Below, in pieces: positions 1 to 12,100 of a stretch of DNA of 64,000 nt. The stretch comes from Lophium mytilinum. Its lineage: Eukaryota. Where the stretch lies: contig MU004186.1 in assembly GCA_010093605.1 (NCBI GenBank), forward strand, positions 203,765 to 267,764, in the 5' to 3' direction. The notes under the pieces were generated by a model that searched no databases, was not told the DNA's origin, and was given only the letters and a program-made list of their open reading frames with translations. The position numbers were made by a program, and so were the translations under genes. Every line of letters begins with the position of its first letter. Position 1 is the first letter of the stretch.

Positions 1-2571
1 CAACTAAACTCGTTTTGAGAATATCATGCTAAGAAAAGGTTTTTGTGAATGGATGATAGTAGCTTTGGTTACCTCATTTTTTCACTCTCTGTTTTATTTT
101 AATCCATTCATGAAGCGCTTAATGGCCATCATGTTTGGGCCCATGGCTCAAAATTGGATACAACTCCATTCAAGCCTCTTACTCGCCTCTGTCGATGACG
201 GAATGCCGCCGTCTGAGGCGCTCCAGCTCATTGAAAATATCACAACGTGATGTGAAACTCCACACGTCATGAATAGGCTTCCCTGCGAGCTAATATCATT
301 CACGCTGTCCGTACCACTCCGCTCGTTTTGAGACTTCAGCACAATTCCCGCGTCAGACAACTTGAAAAACTATTGCCATCAACACCTGATTTCAGTGGCA
401 CGTAACTTGAGATTATGATACATAGAATGGACCGAATTAGATCTCGGATACGCCATAGACTCCGCTGGAAAGATACAATAGTGAGAGTTTGGGCACTCCC
501 TGCAACTGCTTGGAGCATCCCGACAGACTCTAGAAACTCCGGATACGATGTAAAGATCGACCCGATGAATATTATACTACCCTTTGACTAATCAGAGACA
601 TGCTGCCTAGGGCACTCCCTACAGTAGTGTCGATAGAGCAAGAGTGCACTCTCGCACGACGAGGTCTGGTAAGCCACATTCCAACTAACGCCGTTAGGTC
701 GAGTATTTCGAATCGTGGCTATTGTTCTCGATATCGTTCGTCTTGCCATCTATCTTGGCCATGACACTTCTGGCCGTCTTCGAGAACGGGACGTGCAGGC
801 TTTCTGACGGACGCCTGTTTATAAGTTTGGGGACACTTGTAAACTTAAACCAATCAAAGTCCTATGGTCTAGTGGTATGACGTTCGCCTCAGCCTTTGCG
901 CCTACTACCTGCCGCGTTGAGGGGAGTACGTCTAGCAATATCTTCTCGAGAGCCGTGCAGCAGGATTTTTGATGTGATAAAACCAAGAGATGCAATAACG
1001 AAGCAGCATTTTAAAGCGCCCAATATTTGCAAGGAACTCAAATTGAAAATTACTGTATCTAGATGAAACATACACTATTAATCGTCTCTTCTTAGCGCTG
1101 CTGAGAAAGCTGTGTGATGGCGTGTATCATGAATTGATTAGCTACCCCGTTGATTCGAAGGTATTCTATGTAGAATACTTGGGTTGGGTACCGGGCGCAG
1201 AAGGTTTTGAGATCCCCACTGAACCATTCCCCGTCAACACCAAGAACCCATAACCATCTCACGACCCGGGCGCGCAACTCCCAGACCAGCAGAGAGGCTG
1301 AGACTCTCGCCAAAGCTCTGGAGTCAAGTTGGCAAAGAGAGAAAAGGGCACTTTGATTGAAATAGAATTTAGTTCTGTGAAGTTGTTCAAGGTAACTCCT
1401 CTTAGTTCTAGGCGGTCCTCCTCTTCCAGCTTAGCGTGTGATTGGGGCGGGGTCATTACAAAGTAGCGTCCCAAATGTCGTTACCAACAACACAACATCC
1501 CTTCTTCGGACCTCCACAAACTTGCCACTACTCTATCACAACGCCAACCAAAACGGATTACTACGTTGCGATACATCAGCTTTTATTTCCGGTGACTCCG
1601 ACAACACTCCGACGACGTGCAGGGATTTCGACGAGCTCGTGCACGCTGTCGTAGACGTTACCGAGCGCCACCACCCACCATCTTCAAAAATGTATAGCTT
1701 CCTCTACATCACTACATCTCGACCTAGGTGCAAATTGCTGGAAGAAGTAAAACTTGTCGAACTGCGGGGCTGGCCATTAGGCCGAGCCTTGGTGGTAGAA
1801 GCCCACCCTGTCACCCAATGCATATTATCAAGTCTGGCCAGGAGTCGATCGGTGACGCGGCTCAATGAAGCATCTGCCCCTGGCTTCGAGCCCAGAACGG
1901 TAATCTGGCCTGCAAGCCCCTCCTGATGCAGCTCGCAGTTGTCTCCAGGAGGAGCTACGGGACGGGCCTTGCGGCTGTGATTGGCGGGAGTGTTTGTCGT
2001 GTCTTGCTTAGAAGTTGGCGCCGCCGGTGTTACCGATTTTCAAAGCTACGTACGAAAAGGATTATCGAAGTTCGAGGCCTCTTTGGCAGCTGCCACAAAC
2101 CAGTAAGTTACAAGCCCCTGGAGTATCCATGGCTCGTGCAGAACTGACAGCAAGCAAGACACATGGATGCTCGCATATGGAGGAGGTCCCTACGGCCCTC
2201 TGAGACAACGTCACGTGGTTATCTATTCAATAGCGTCTGTGGCTGATAGTCGTTGAATGAGGTTATGCTGTAGAGTACGGCTGAAGTCCGAGACAAGGCG
2301 CGTTCTACTGCAAGCGAGCAACATGCAACCAGGACCTAAAATCCCATGCTAATGTCGAGTTGTGAACGCCAGCAAAGACGGCTCATAACTTACGCAAGCC
2401 ACATACTCGACGCAACGCCTTGTCCGAGCACGCCTGCCGCCGTTCGCTTGCGTTCTTCCCTCATGAGAGGTATAAATTCATGTTCGCATCTCCTCACATT
2501 TCAGAAGTTGAATCATTTGCAGCTGCTGCGCGGACCCTACTTGGCACGCCACTGTAGCCAATCACAACAGC

Positions 2572-5500
2572 ATGGCTTCCAACACTGCTCAGATCAAAAC
2601 CCTCATCTCGGTGCTGGGAAGCGCAAGTGTCCTCGATGCGGACAGATGGGTCGAGACTATCAGCAGCGCCTTTCCAGACCTGGGATCATTCGCATCTTTG
2701 AAGAAGCACATCGACAACGGCGGGCCGAAGCCGATAAAGTACGATGGTTTCGTCAATGCCATCCGCGACGACTCTGCGCAAGACCAAAATATGTCGCTGC
2801 TTGCGCTGGCCTCTGTTGGTAAATCGCTCTTCCAATTCAACGACCAGGGCGAGCCTTATGGTTTTCGTAAAGGGACGAACAAAGTGAGTACACTGCAAAC
2901 CTTACGCAACTGACATCAGAGACTAATACACAAACAATAGGATCGATGTCAGGATGCCATTCAGGACTCGCTGAGCACCCTACTTCCACTGTTACTTCGA
3001 GTACATGTCGACGAAGCTATCAAGAAGCACAATGAGATTATACAGCAAACTAAACCAGACCCACTGGGCGACAAACCCGTGCCGTTGACTTCTATTCATT
3101 CGTACATTGATGACGACGACTTTCTAGATGAGTTCAGTCAAACCATACTCTCTGAGAGTAAGAACACGGCAGTTCCTGCGTGCTTGAAAACATTGCTGAA
3201 TCATCTCTAGCATTCGTTCAGAACGAACAGTTCTTCCAAGATCAGAACAAAACAGCGTCGTCTACCAACTCATGGATGAATGCACTCTTTGTCTATAGTT
3301 ACCTTCGCCGAAAAGGCCAGAGTCCAGCGGCACACCAGCAGCCAGGACGGTTCAATGGCAACACATTCCCGAAAGTAGATGATGCCCGAAATCGCCTTTC
3401 TACGCTCCAAACATGGCTAGATGCGACGACTGCTGCATCTGAGGGCGCGACTTACTCTACGATCCTTCGTAACCTGGCGTCTGCTGATCGAAACGGTCAA
3501 AAAGATTTGAGCCTCCTCAAGGATAAGAGCGCCTTCTTGAAGACCATACTCGACACAGCTCCTTTAACCGGTCTCTATCTGCCTCCGCATGAGTTCGATG
3601 TTACCACGCTCTCCACAGCGACATTCTTGCTCGTACGCTTACCAGCCTGGTCTCTTGACATCGGGCGACCACTTGACCTGGATTTGACACTTGGTGAAGC
3701 GAGCCAGAACTTCATGCGCGGTTTGACACAACGCTGGAACAGTTACGTTGAAAACAGCTTGAAGTCTACGTTGTCTACAGCCTTGGAAAAGTACGCATCT
3801 TCTACATCTGCATTTAGCGTCCGAGGTAGAAATATCAAGTATCCGGTGACGTTTGAGATTCGAGAGTATGGAACAGACATCGTTGAAGACGTCACACGGC
3901 TTAGTAGCGAGACTGGAACCCAATACTTTTCACTCCAAAAAAACGATCGTCTGCTCTACGTGGAGGGCAATACCGACGTTTCAGGCGGCGAATTCTTTTC
4001 ATGGGATTCTCCGCCGCAGCGACCTCTTTTGCCAGACGATGCCAGAGTGATGCTGTTGAAAGGAGGTGTTTTGGGCCCCAGACCAGAAGGAACAAACTAC
4101 TCCGGTGCAGGTTGTTTCATCGAAGGCACTATGGTCTGGACGTCTCTGGGAGAATTGCCGATAGAAGACCTTCGGGAAAATGATCGGATCCTGACAGCTG
4201 CCACATCAGGGGAATTCGGAGTCAAGTCAGATGAGGTAGTGGCCAATCCGACGGGCGGCCGCGCAATCTTTTGGGGCTTCAACCAAGACGATGTCTTTTT
4301 CACCGCAGGCCATGTCTTCCACACCACAACGGGTCACAGAGCAATTGATCCTGTAGCAGCGAAACGTGAGAATCCCTGGCTTGAAGTCGGCAAGCTACGT
4401 GCAGGACATACACTCTACAGGACCAAGGACGGAGAGTCTTATGAGCTCATCACAATTAAGCGACTGCATAGCCAAAGCAAGTTATGTGACCATGTTTGGG
4501 GGGTACATCTGCGCGAGGGCCTGAGAAACTACCACGCAAACGGGTATTTAGTCCATCTGAACTACCCCGAGATAACGGTGAAATCCATCGCAGACATCAT
4601 CAAGACTTTGTCGGCGGACCAGACTGTGGCCATCATGGGAGCCATCAAGGAGCTAAAGCCGGTTTTCGAAAGATTTGGCGCTGGAACTGTGGAGCAGCTA
4701 CTGGAGCGAGAATTGTCGGACGACGAGTTCCTAAAGAGTGCGAGGCACAAGCCTCAAGAAAACTTCGCTCCTCAGCCTCTATGTTTCCAGTCACGGAGCT
4801 TCGATCTCGATCCCTACAAAGAAGGGCTAGAGCTTCCCGAGGGGTACTGGCTCCCGGAAGTAGATGCTTTGGATGGCGTCCTATATGTTAATGGCGAATC
4901 CATTGAACGCTCAAAAATCTATGCGCGGGGCTTCTCGTGGTCGCGAAACTTGAAGGAAGGCTTGTGGGAGCACGGAATGTGCTCCTTTGGTCACGACAAA
5001 CAGCTGATCGCCGGAGATGGACTGGTTTGGATTGATACAAACTCGAACCCCTCCAAGATGTCCTCTCTTGTAGTCCATTTCATTGCATCGTCAACAGCAC
5101 TTCGCGAACAGTACACAACACTTCGTGCTGATGGCATGGTCGCCTCCAGAATGGTCGCCCAGGAGCCCGTGATTTTAAGGCCCAGGCTTACCGCAATCAA
5201 GCTCGACGAGAATACATCGGAGACTGAGAAGCTGTTGTTATCCAAGGATGACACTACAGAGTGGTTTGCTCCTGCACAGACTCTTCTTGCGAAGGAGAAG
5301 CTCGCCGATCAGGTGGAAGGCCGTACACCGCGAGGCATCGAAGAAGTCACAGAGAAACACGACTTGACTTGGGCTCTGAGCTATGACAGGAGCCCATACG
5401 ACGAGAATGAGGATCCTCGCAACGCTTTGTCATACCTAAAAGTCACCAGAGTATACAAGAGTGAGCCTGGAGCACCCCCGACAGTCTCTATCAGGATTCC

Positions 5501-8500
5501 TTTCCTCGATCGACTCGCAGAGGCTCGCCAAACAGCCACGGGTAGTGACAGTAAGGTAACGTTCTACACTTCGGGCGTAACTACGACACAGGACCATAAG
5601 CAGGACATCTGGATCAAAATCTCGAACGGTGAAGCGATAGCTCTTGCGGCTGATGACAACGTGGACGAAGACGGATATGTCAAGTCTTACACTGACCTGA
5701 CGTTCAAGAACTCCGGCTTGAACGACAAGCTGCCCTTCTTGTTCAGCTCGGCAACATTGCGAGTCCACAACATCGAAAACACTCTCAAGGGTCGAATTGC
5801 CGAATACGACGAGAGTATGAAGGAGAACATCGGACAACAGCATTGGATCGTCGGACAGCCTGTGAAAGCTGAACCTACAGAAGCCGTCACCAGGGAAGGA
5901 AGCCAAAGCCCTGCGGTACTATCGCCAGCTCAGCCCGCTCAACCAACCAAACCTTCGTCAGCCGATCCACTGAAGAGTCTGATCAACCTCGGTCGCGGCC
6001 TGGGTGTGGATGGTGAGCTGGTCAAGAAGACCTCCCAGGACTACATCTATAAAGCTATGTTGTTCCACATGGACGACAAAGATCGCGATAACTTTACCCG
6101 AGAGGCAAAGCCACGCACGACAGGAATTGGCGCATTGCCTTCCGGACTGGCGAGCGACTTGGACGAGAACCTACGCGACTGGCTTAAGAAAACGTACTCA
6201 GTCGCATACGTCGCCAACATGATGTCTCAACAGTCCGAGGGAGACCAAGCGAAGATGAACACAAAATTTACAGAGCCGGACAAAAAGCGGCTACGCTATT
6301 TCTGGCAAGGCCGTGGACCAGGCTGTCTATCCCGCAGCAATGAGTACTCACAGTTGAACAGCATTGCTACTACTATAGCGTTCCGCAGTCTCTATCCAGA
6401 CATCATGACTTATGTCACTGATAGCGATGCAGAAGATGTGCTTGACGAGAACAAGAAGTCGTTGTCACAACTACGGGGTGGCCGGAAGTGGGCCTATAGG
6501 TACTTCCATGCGATGACTGTCCAGAACTGGGTGAGCCAGAACGCAGAACAAATTGGCTTCCATGAGTCCACAGTAAGATCTAGGCCTCTCCTACTTTCAT
6601 AGCGCCTGTAGTGTTAATTTGCGGGTCTACAGAACTTGAATCCTCTCGAGTTTCATTGCACTATACTCTCAGCGCTCTGGATAGAGCCAGTCGGCGCCAG
6701 TATAGACGGCACGGGCCTCGCCAAGCTCTTGACGGAGATGGTGCATCGCCAGGTCAAAGACAATACCCTCTTCGCATATAAACTCATGGTTACCGGCAAA
6801 GATCTGGCAACTGGTATGGATGACTTCATGGGATCGCTGATTGACTTACTCATGGACGAATCGATGTCCAAGGCAGCTGGTATAAATCCAGGCATCCGTC
6901 AGAAGCTACTCGACGACATGAACATACTCATTGACAGAGAAAAGATCATTGCTGAGAAGGTGCAGAAGGAGAATGTGTAAGTTCTTGAGCGGCACATTCC
7001 CATTGAGTATGACTGCATGAGTTCACAGCGCGCTAACCATAACACAGCAAAGCATGGAACAAGGCAGCTGCCACGTCTGTGAAGGCCTCGATGTCTGCTT
7101 TGCTTGCAATCAAGGAGGGTAAAGACTACACCTTGAACGGCGCCAAGTCCATACTAGAATTCATTCGCAAGCGCAAAACAGAGCCCCCTAAGGGCGAGAC
7201 CGGAATCGAACTTCAACCCATAGGCCAGAAACCTCCAGAGGTTCTACCAGAAGTAGGAGAGGCTGCTTCTAAAGTTTCTGCCGGTGCCAAAGCTCTCGCT
7301 GTGGCCGGCCTGCTGTTCAGTGTCGCTGCGGTAAGATTTCTACGTGGAGACTGTAGCTAAACTCATGAGCCGACGTAACTGATTGAAATACAGACTGTTT
7401 GGTACGTCGTTCAGACGTGGGATACCTGGAAGCGTATAGGAGACCGAGACATGGGCCATCTTGAGCGAACGGAGCTTGTTGCGACTGGACTGCAGGCTCT
7501 CGGTGGCTTGGCTTTCAACGCATATCGTTCAGTGCAGCTCTTCAAGTTTGGTTTCGAAGGGCCTCCTAAAGGAGCTTCCTCAGCTCTGGTCCAAGAGGCC
7601 GAGCACGCCGCGGCCGGGGTTTTTGAGGACGAAGTCAAAAGGCGCCAATCTTGGCTCAACCCACAAAACGAGAAACTCGCGGGCAATTCGGTCTTGCAGA
7701 AAAGCAGTGCGACCGCACCAATGAAGCTAGCCGAAGACACTTCGAAGGCGGCCAGTGTCAACGAGCAGGTCCTACCCAAGAAGCCATCGAAATGGGTGAC
7801 GATCAAGGGCAAGTTCAAGATGCAGTTCGGTGTACTTGAAACTTCATTGCGCGCATTCGCTTGTGCCATCGCAATCGTTCTTATCGTGGTCTCCATCATA
7901 TCCACAATCCAGAGTTGGAATGACAAGGGGCCGCTGGAGAAATGGATGGCTGTCATCGGCATTATCATCTCGATTGTCTCAACTCTCTTCGAGATCGCTG
8001 CACTGTTTTGTGCAGTCTCGCCGTACTTGACGGTCGGGATTATCGTCATCGGGCTCATTTTCCAGGTCGTCTGCTACTTCACACAGAAAAAGAAAGAGCC
8101 CGAGGACACACCGGCTCAAACTTGGTACAAAAACACCTGGACCCCGTTCAAGGAACTGCTTCCAACGCCGCCTGCCACTCGCTTCAAGTGGACAGTCACC
8201 CCAGAGGGTGGCAAAGTCGGCGACGAAACGACGATATCAGTCGTTGGCACAGCGGCGGCTCCGGTGCCGAACACGCTCAAGAACTTGTCAAAAATCGACT
8301 TCAATTTCACAATCAGCGGTACCGATGGCGCGGGACTCCTCAACACAAGCAGCTTGACTCAGGTGACGACTGCCTCTCCAGGGACCAACGAAGCGACAGT
8401 CATATTTCCCGAGTCGTACGCATCATACACTACCCACTCGATACTGGACACTTCGGCTTCACAGTCTAAACTGCGTACATATACCGCCAGCTTTGGGCTC

Positions 8501-8776
8501 CGCGATGCTGGCCAGCTCTGGGCACAAGATCAGTACAAGAATAACATGCCGTTCTTGGAAAAATGGCTAGCAACGGGCACAGAGATCAAGTTCGTATTTA
8601 GAGCAAAAGTGAATAAGAGGATGAGAAGACCGGAAGGTGCGAAGAACGAGGATGCTGGCGTGGTCCCGGCGTGGGGCAAGTATCGGTTCACAGTGCAGGA
8701 ACACTACACGGACGATACTGGGTCGGTCCCGGAGCAGATTGTTGAAGAGGAGCTGGTCTTTGAAAAGCGGCAGTAG
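2572..8776 (+). CDS. Large (~1966 aa) Hint-domain (hedgehog/intein-like) protein with C-terminal membrane helices; function unknown
   Basis: Five track ORFs plus one short unlisted exon join in frame through five GT-AG introns: exons 2572-2883, 2941-3157, 3211-6572, 6633-6976, 7048-7330 and 7394-8776 (5901 nt, divisible by 3). Hint motifs are GAG|CFIEGT (4113), FFTAGH (block B TxxH) and NYHANGYLVHLN (to 4562). Several hydrophobic segments lie at ~7290-8080. Confidence 0.85.
4113..4562 (+). other. Hint domain (~150 aa, residues ~478-627 of the modelled protein)
   Basis: Block A CFIEGTMVWT...PIEDLRENDRIL, block B TAGH and block F/G VWGVHL...NYHANGYLVHLN. No homing-endonuclease insert. Confidence 0.85.
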
Positions 8777-9152
8777 GCCATGCTGCTGTCGCATTATTGT
8801 CCCTGACGACCGGGTACGCCGAGGAGAGGTTAGACTTAGACTCCGCCGCTGAACTTATGAATCGAGCCGTGTGGCTTCAAGGTTGCACGTAGTGCGATTT
8901 GGGATGTGATTGCCATCAGCTCGTTGGAATCGGAACTTGCCCACATAGAAGCCGGTGAAATGAACCGTGCAATCTTCAAAGATATATTGAAATAAGAACC
9001 ATTTCTGTACAATTTGGGTGATCCTCAATCCTGCATCATCAGTCGTCAATGTTTTGATACCCGTGACTTCGCTTTAAGAAGAAAGCCGTCCTCCTTCTAT
9101 CAATCTTTTCCATCTCTTAATTCTGTGCCAGGCCCTCGTCTTCTTCCATCTC

Positions 9153-12100
9153 CTAGGTTTCTTCCATTTCTTGATCTTCGTCCATAGCCTCCTGAGCGTC
9201 TTCAAACTCCGATTCTGATGCCTCACTCTCAACCACCGCAACACCGCCCTCCATATCCGTATCCTCACCTTCCTCCAAGATCTTCACAGCCCACCAAGCC
9301 GCCTCCGTCTCCGCATTCAGCCTCTTCAAGCCCCCCACTACACCCCCAATCTCCCTTCCACCAACCTCAACTTGGCAATAATACCTTCCCTGATCCCCAG
9401 TATCCACACGCTTATACACCACGGTATCACTAACCGCCATATGACCCAGCCGCTCCTTCGGATGCAAGCAATCAACACTATCTCTCAGCACCCGCTCTAA
9501 GCAGTCCATAATCCCCATCTTCCTGATGAACCCCTCGCAGGCCAAGATGTCGCCGTGGCTGTCGATATATATAGCGCCAAGCATGCTCTCCACGATGTCG
9601 GAGAAGAATTTCTCGGCTTCTGTCCGCGCGAAGAGGTACCATGGGTATTTGCAGTCTTCCCGCAATGCGCTGAGAACAGCGTCGCGAGAGGCCTTATGAC
9701 GTATCAGTGCTGCCTTTTGGAGCTGAGGCGTCTGCGGTGACGAGTGACGTAGGTACTGCCAGAGCGCTCTTTGGACGATGGAAGGCTCCTCCGGACGACG
9801 CGCATTCGTGATAGGGTCGATCGTGATGTTAGCTTGTTCTTCCGGGATAGTGTTCTCGAAGGACATGAAGGCGAGGAAGGCGGCGTTTACCATAGCTGAT
9901 CGGATGGAGTGCATCGTTTCGTGGCTCAATTCCGGATTGTGCGCGAACACGTGGTTTGAGATGATGTAGTCGAGCACGGCGTCGCCGAGGAACTCGAGAC
10001 GTTGGTACGAAGAGGATGCGATTTCGGGTGGTCCGACAAAGGACGGATGGGTGAGCGCTTCCAGCATCAAATGCTTCTTCGTGAAAGTGTAGCCAGTGAT
10101 CGAGTCAACTACCGCTAAGTGGCGAGGTAGAGGCTCTTTCGGAACGGCGTCGAAGAGCACTTGATTAGACTCTTCAAGAGGCTTCCAGTCTTCCGTTGGT
10201 AGGAGGGTACGCAGACAAGAAAGGGCGTTCGGTAAACCTCCTACCACGTAGCTTGCCCCTATCAACGACTCCATGACGTCGGCGATTAGTTTCGAGGACC
10301 GCTCAACCTTCTTAGAGCTCCCCTCCACCTGACTGGAGGTAACGTCTGCCTCATACGGCGGCTTCCATTTAGACCCGGTGAAGCCTTTGGTGATGATGAA
10401 GCGCTCGAGGCCTAGCTGCATCGTAGCCCGAGCCAAGAATCCATTGGAAGTCGTGCGGCCCTTTTCTGCGGTCAAATAACCTTCTGGCCACATTAAATGA
10501 GATGCCATGAGGTTTATAGAGGTGCATAACTTCAGGATGCAGTCGCCAAGAAACTCCAGCCGTTGGTAGTCTGGTTCATTTGTAGAAGAAGCCGTGATAG
10601 CCCTCACGATAATGCTCAAGTCTGTGGGATCAAAAGATACGGGTGCTAGAATAGTAGTGCGGAGTCGCTCAGCCAGCATATGCACCTCATACCTGTTAAG
10701 CAGGGAGGGTATGAAGAGTGCAAAGATAGATACAGAGGCTGGAAGTCGATGGACAATGCAGTCTTTGGCCTCCAGTTTCAACAAAGAGGAATATGCTTCG
10801 TTAATCTGATCCCGTGGGTTTTCTGGGTGCAGAAAGTCTCTCCGTTTTGGAAATCGAGAGACTGTAAGGTGCAGTTCTGTATCGTTATTCTCAGTCATGA
10901 TGTCTCGTAGGATGAATAGGCGGCTATTCCCATGAATTTGAATCAATCCAGCCTCTTGCCCTTGATGCTGACTTAAAAAAGTCAAAGCATCCACCGTTGG
11001 GCTATCTTTCTCGGTCATCTGAAGCCAGTGACGCAGCTGAGTGGCTTTTGGAGAGCTCCCATCTTCCACAGGAACGAATAATGCCACAAAATCATGACGT
11101 TCTGCAGGCATTCGAGATCCAAAGATGGAGTGAAGAAGACGGAAAGTGGTTGCCTTGAAGAATTCAATTTCCTTCTCCTGATACAACGCCGACTTGAGGA
11201 GCTTTGTCGAGATAACATAACGTTTCGTCACATTCCAGTAAAGAATGACTTCCGGAATCTGCGGCAGTGGAAATTGAGTAATAACGATGAGTTTTACAGA
11301 TTGCTCGTCAGCGGATGATAGGCAGACGAGAGTTCTGTAGTAGGTCGTGACGTTTACGTCCGAGTTTCTGCTCTCTTTGAGCGACTCCGCTCCTTCGGTG
11401 TTCTCCGAGGTGCTCGCCCGCTGGGACAGAACCCATGACCATGGATTTACCATGGGCTTTACTAGAATTAGTGAAGGCCGTTTGTCCGGTATGTTGAACT
11501 GCGGCGTGCCTTCAGGCTCTTGACCAAGTGGGAGAAGGTTGTCGTTGATCAGTCCAGCTGCATACAAAGCTTTGTATGCTTGTAAGCAAGCGTCTCGTTT
11601 CGCGTTCCTTTCGGTTAGCCAGCATTTAGAACTGCTTGAAGACCGTACTGAGGCGTCTACCGATGCTGGGAGTGTGACATGGGCTCTTATCATGTCGTAC
11701 TCGTCATTCTTGAAGGAAAATTGAGGTCGCATGTCAATGCTAGAGTTGCTTTGGAGTACTGCGCAGAAATGGTGCAGATGCTGCGATGCATTGTGAAGAT
11801 CCACGAGGGCACTGAGAGTAGGTCAGCCGTAGAACTGAAGAGTGACCGAGTCTTGGTTTTGATAAGATGGAGCAAAAGCCGAGGGAACCCTCACCTAGTA
11901 GTAGCGATTCGCAAGGCTAAGTCTGAGTTTTCTTCTATCGTTTCCATTTCTTCCGCAGCTTTTACATTCCGAAGATCGTTCATATAATCTTCCTTCATCT
12001 TTTCTTCAAGGCTTTCCCAAGGATTCGAGGCTGTTCCCACTGAAAGAACACTAGGTGTGAGTATTATGTATTTTGACGCTTCTTTCCGAGCTCGTCCCCG

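Noticed and set aside
1..2500. Short ORFs (26-250, 1438-1926 and others) as genes or a transposon relic
   Set aside because: No recognisable domain, splice model or terminal repeats. A degraded gene cannot be excluded.
4113..4562. Classical mobile intein (PRP8/VMA type)
   Set aside because: No homing endonuclease, no +1 C/S/T, and the host is not a conserved housekeeping protein.
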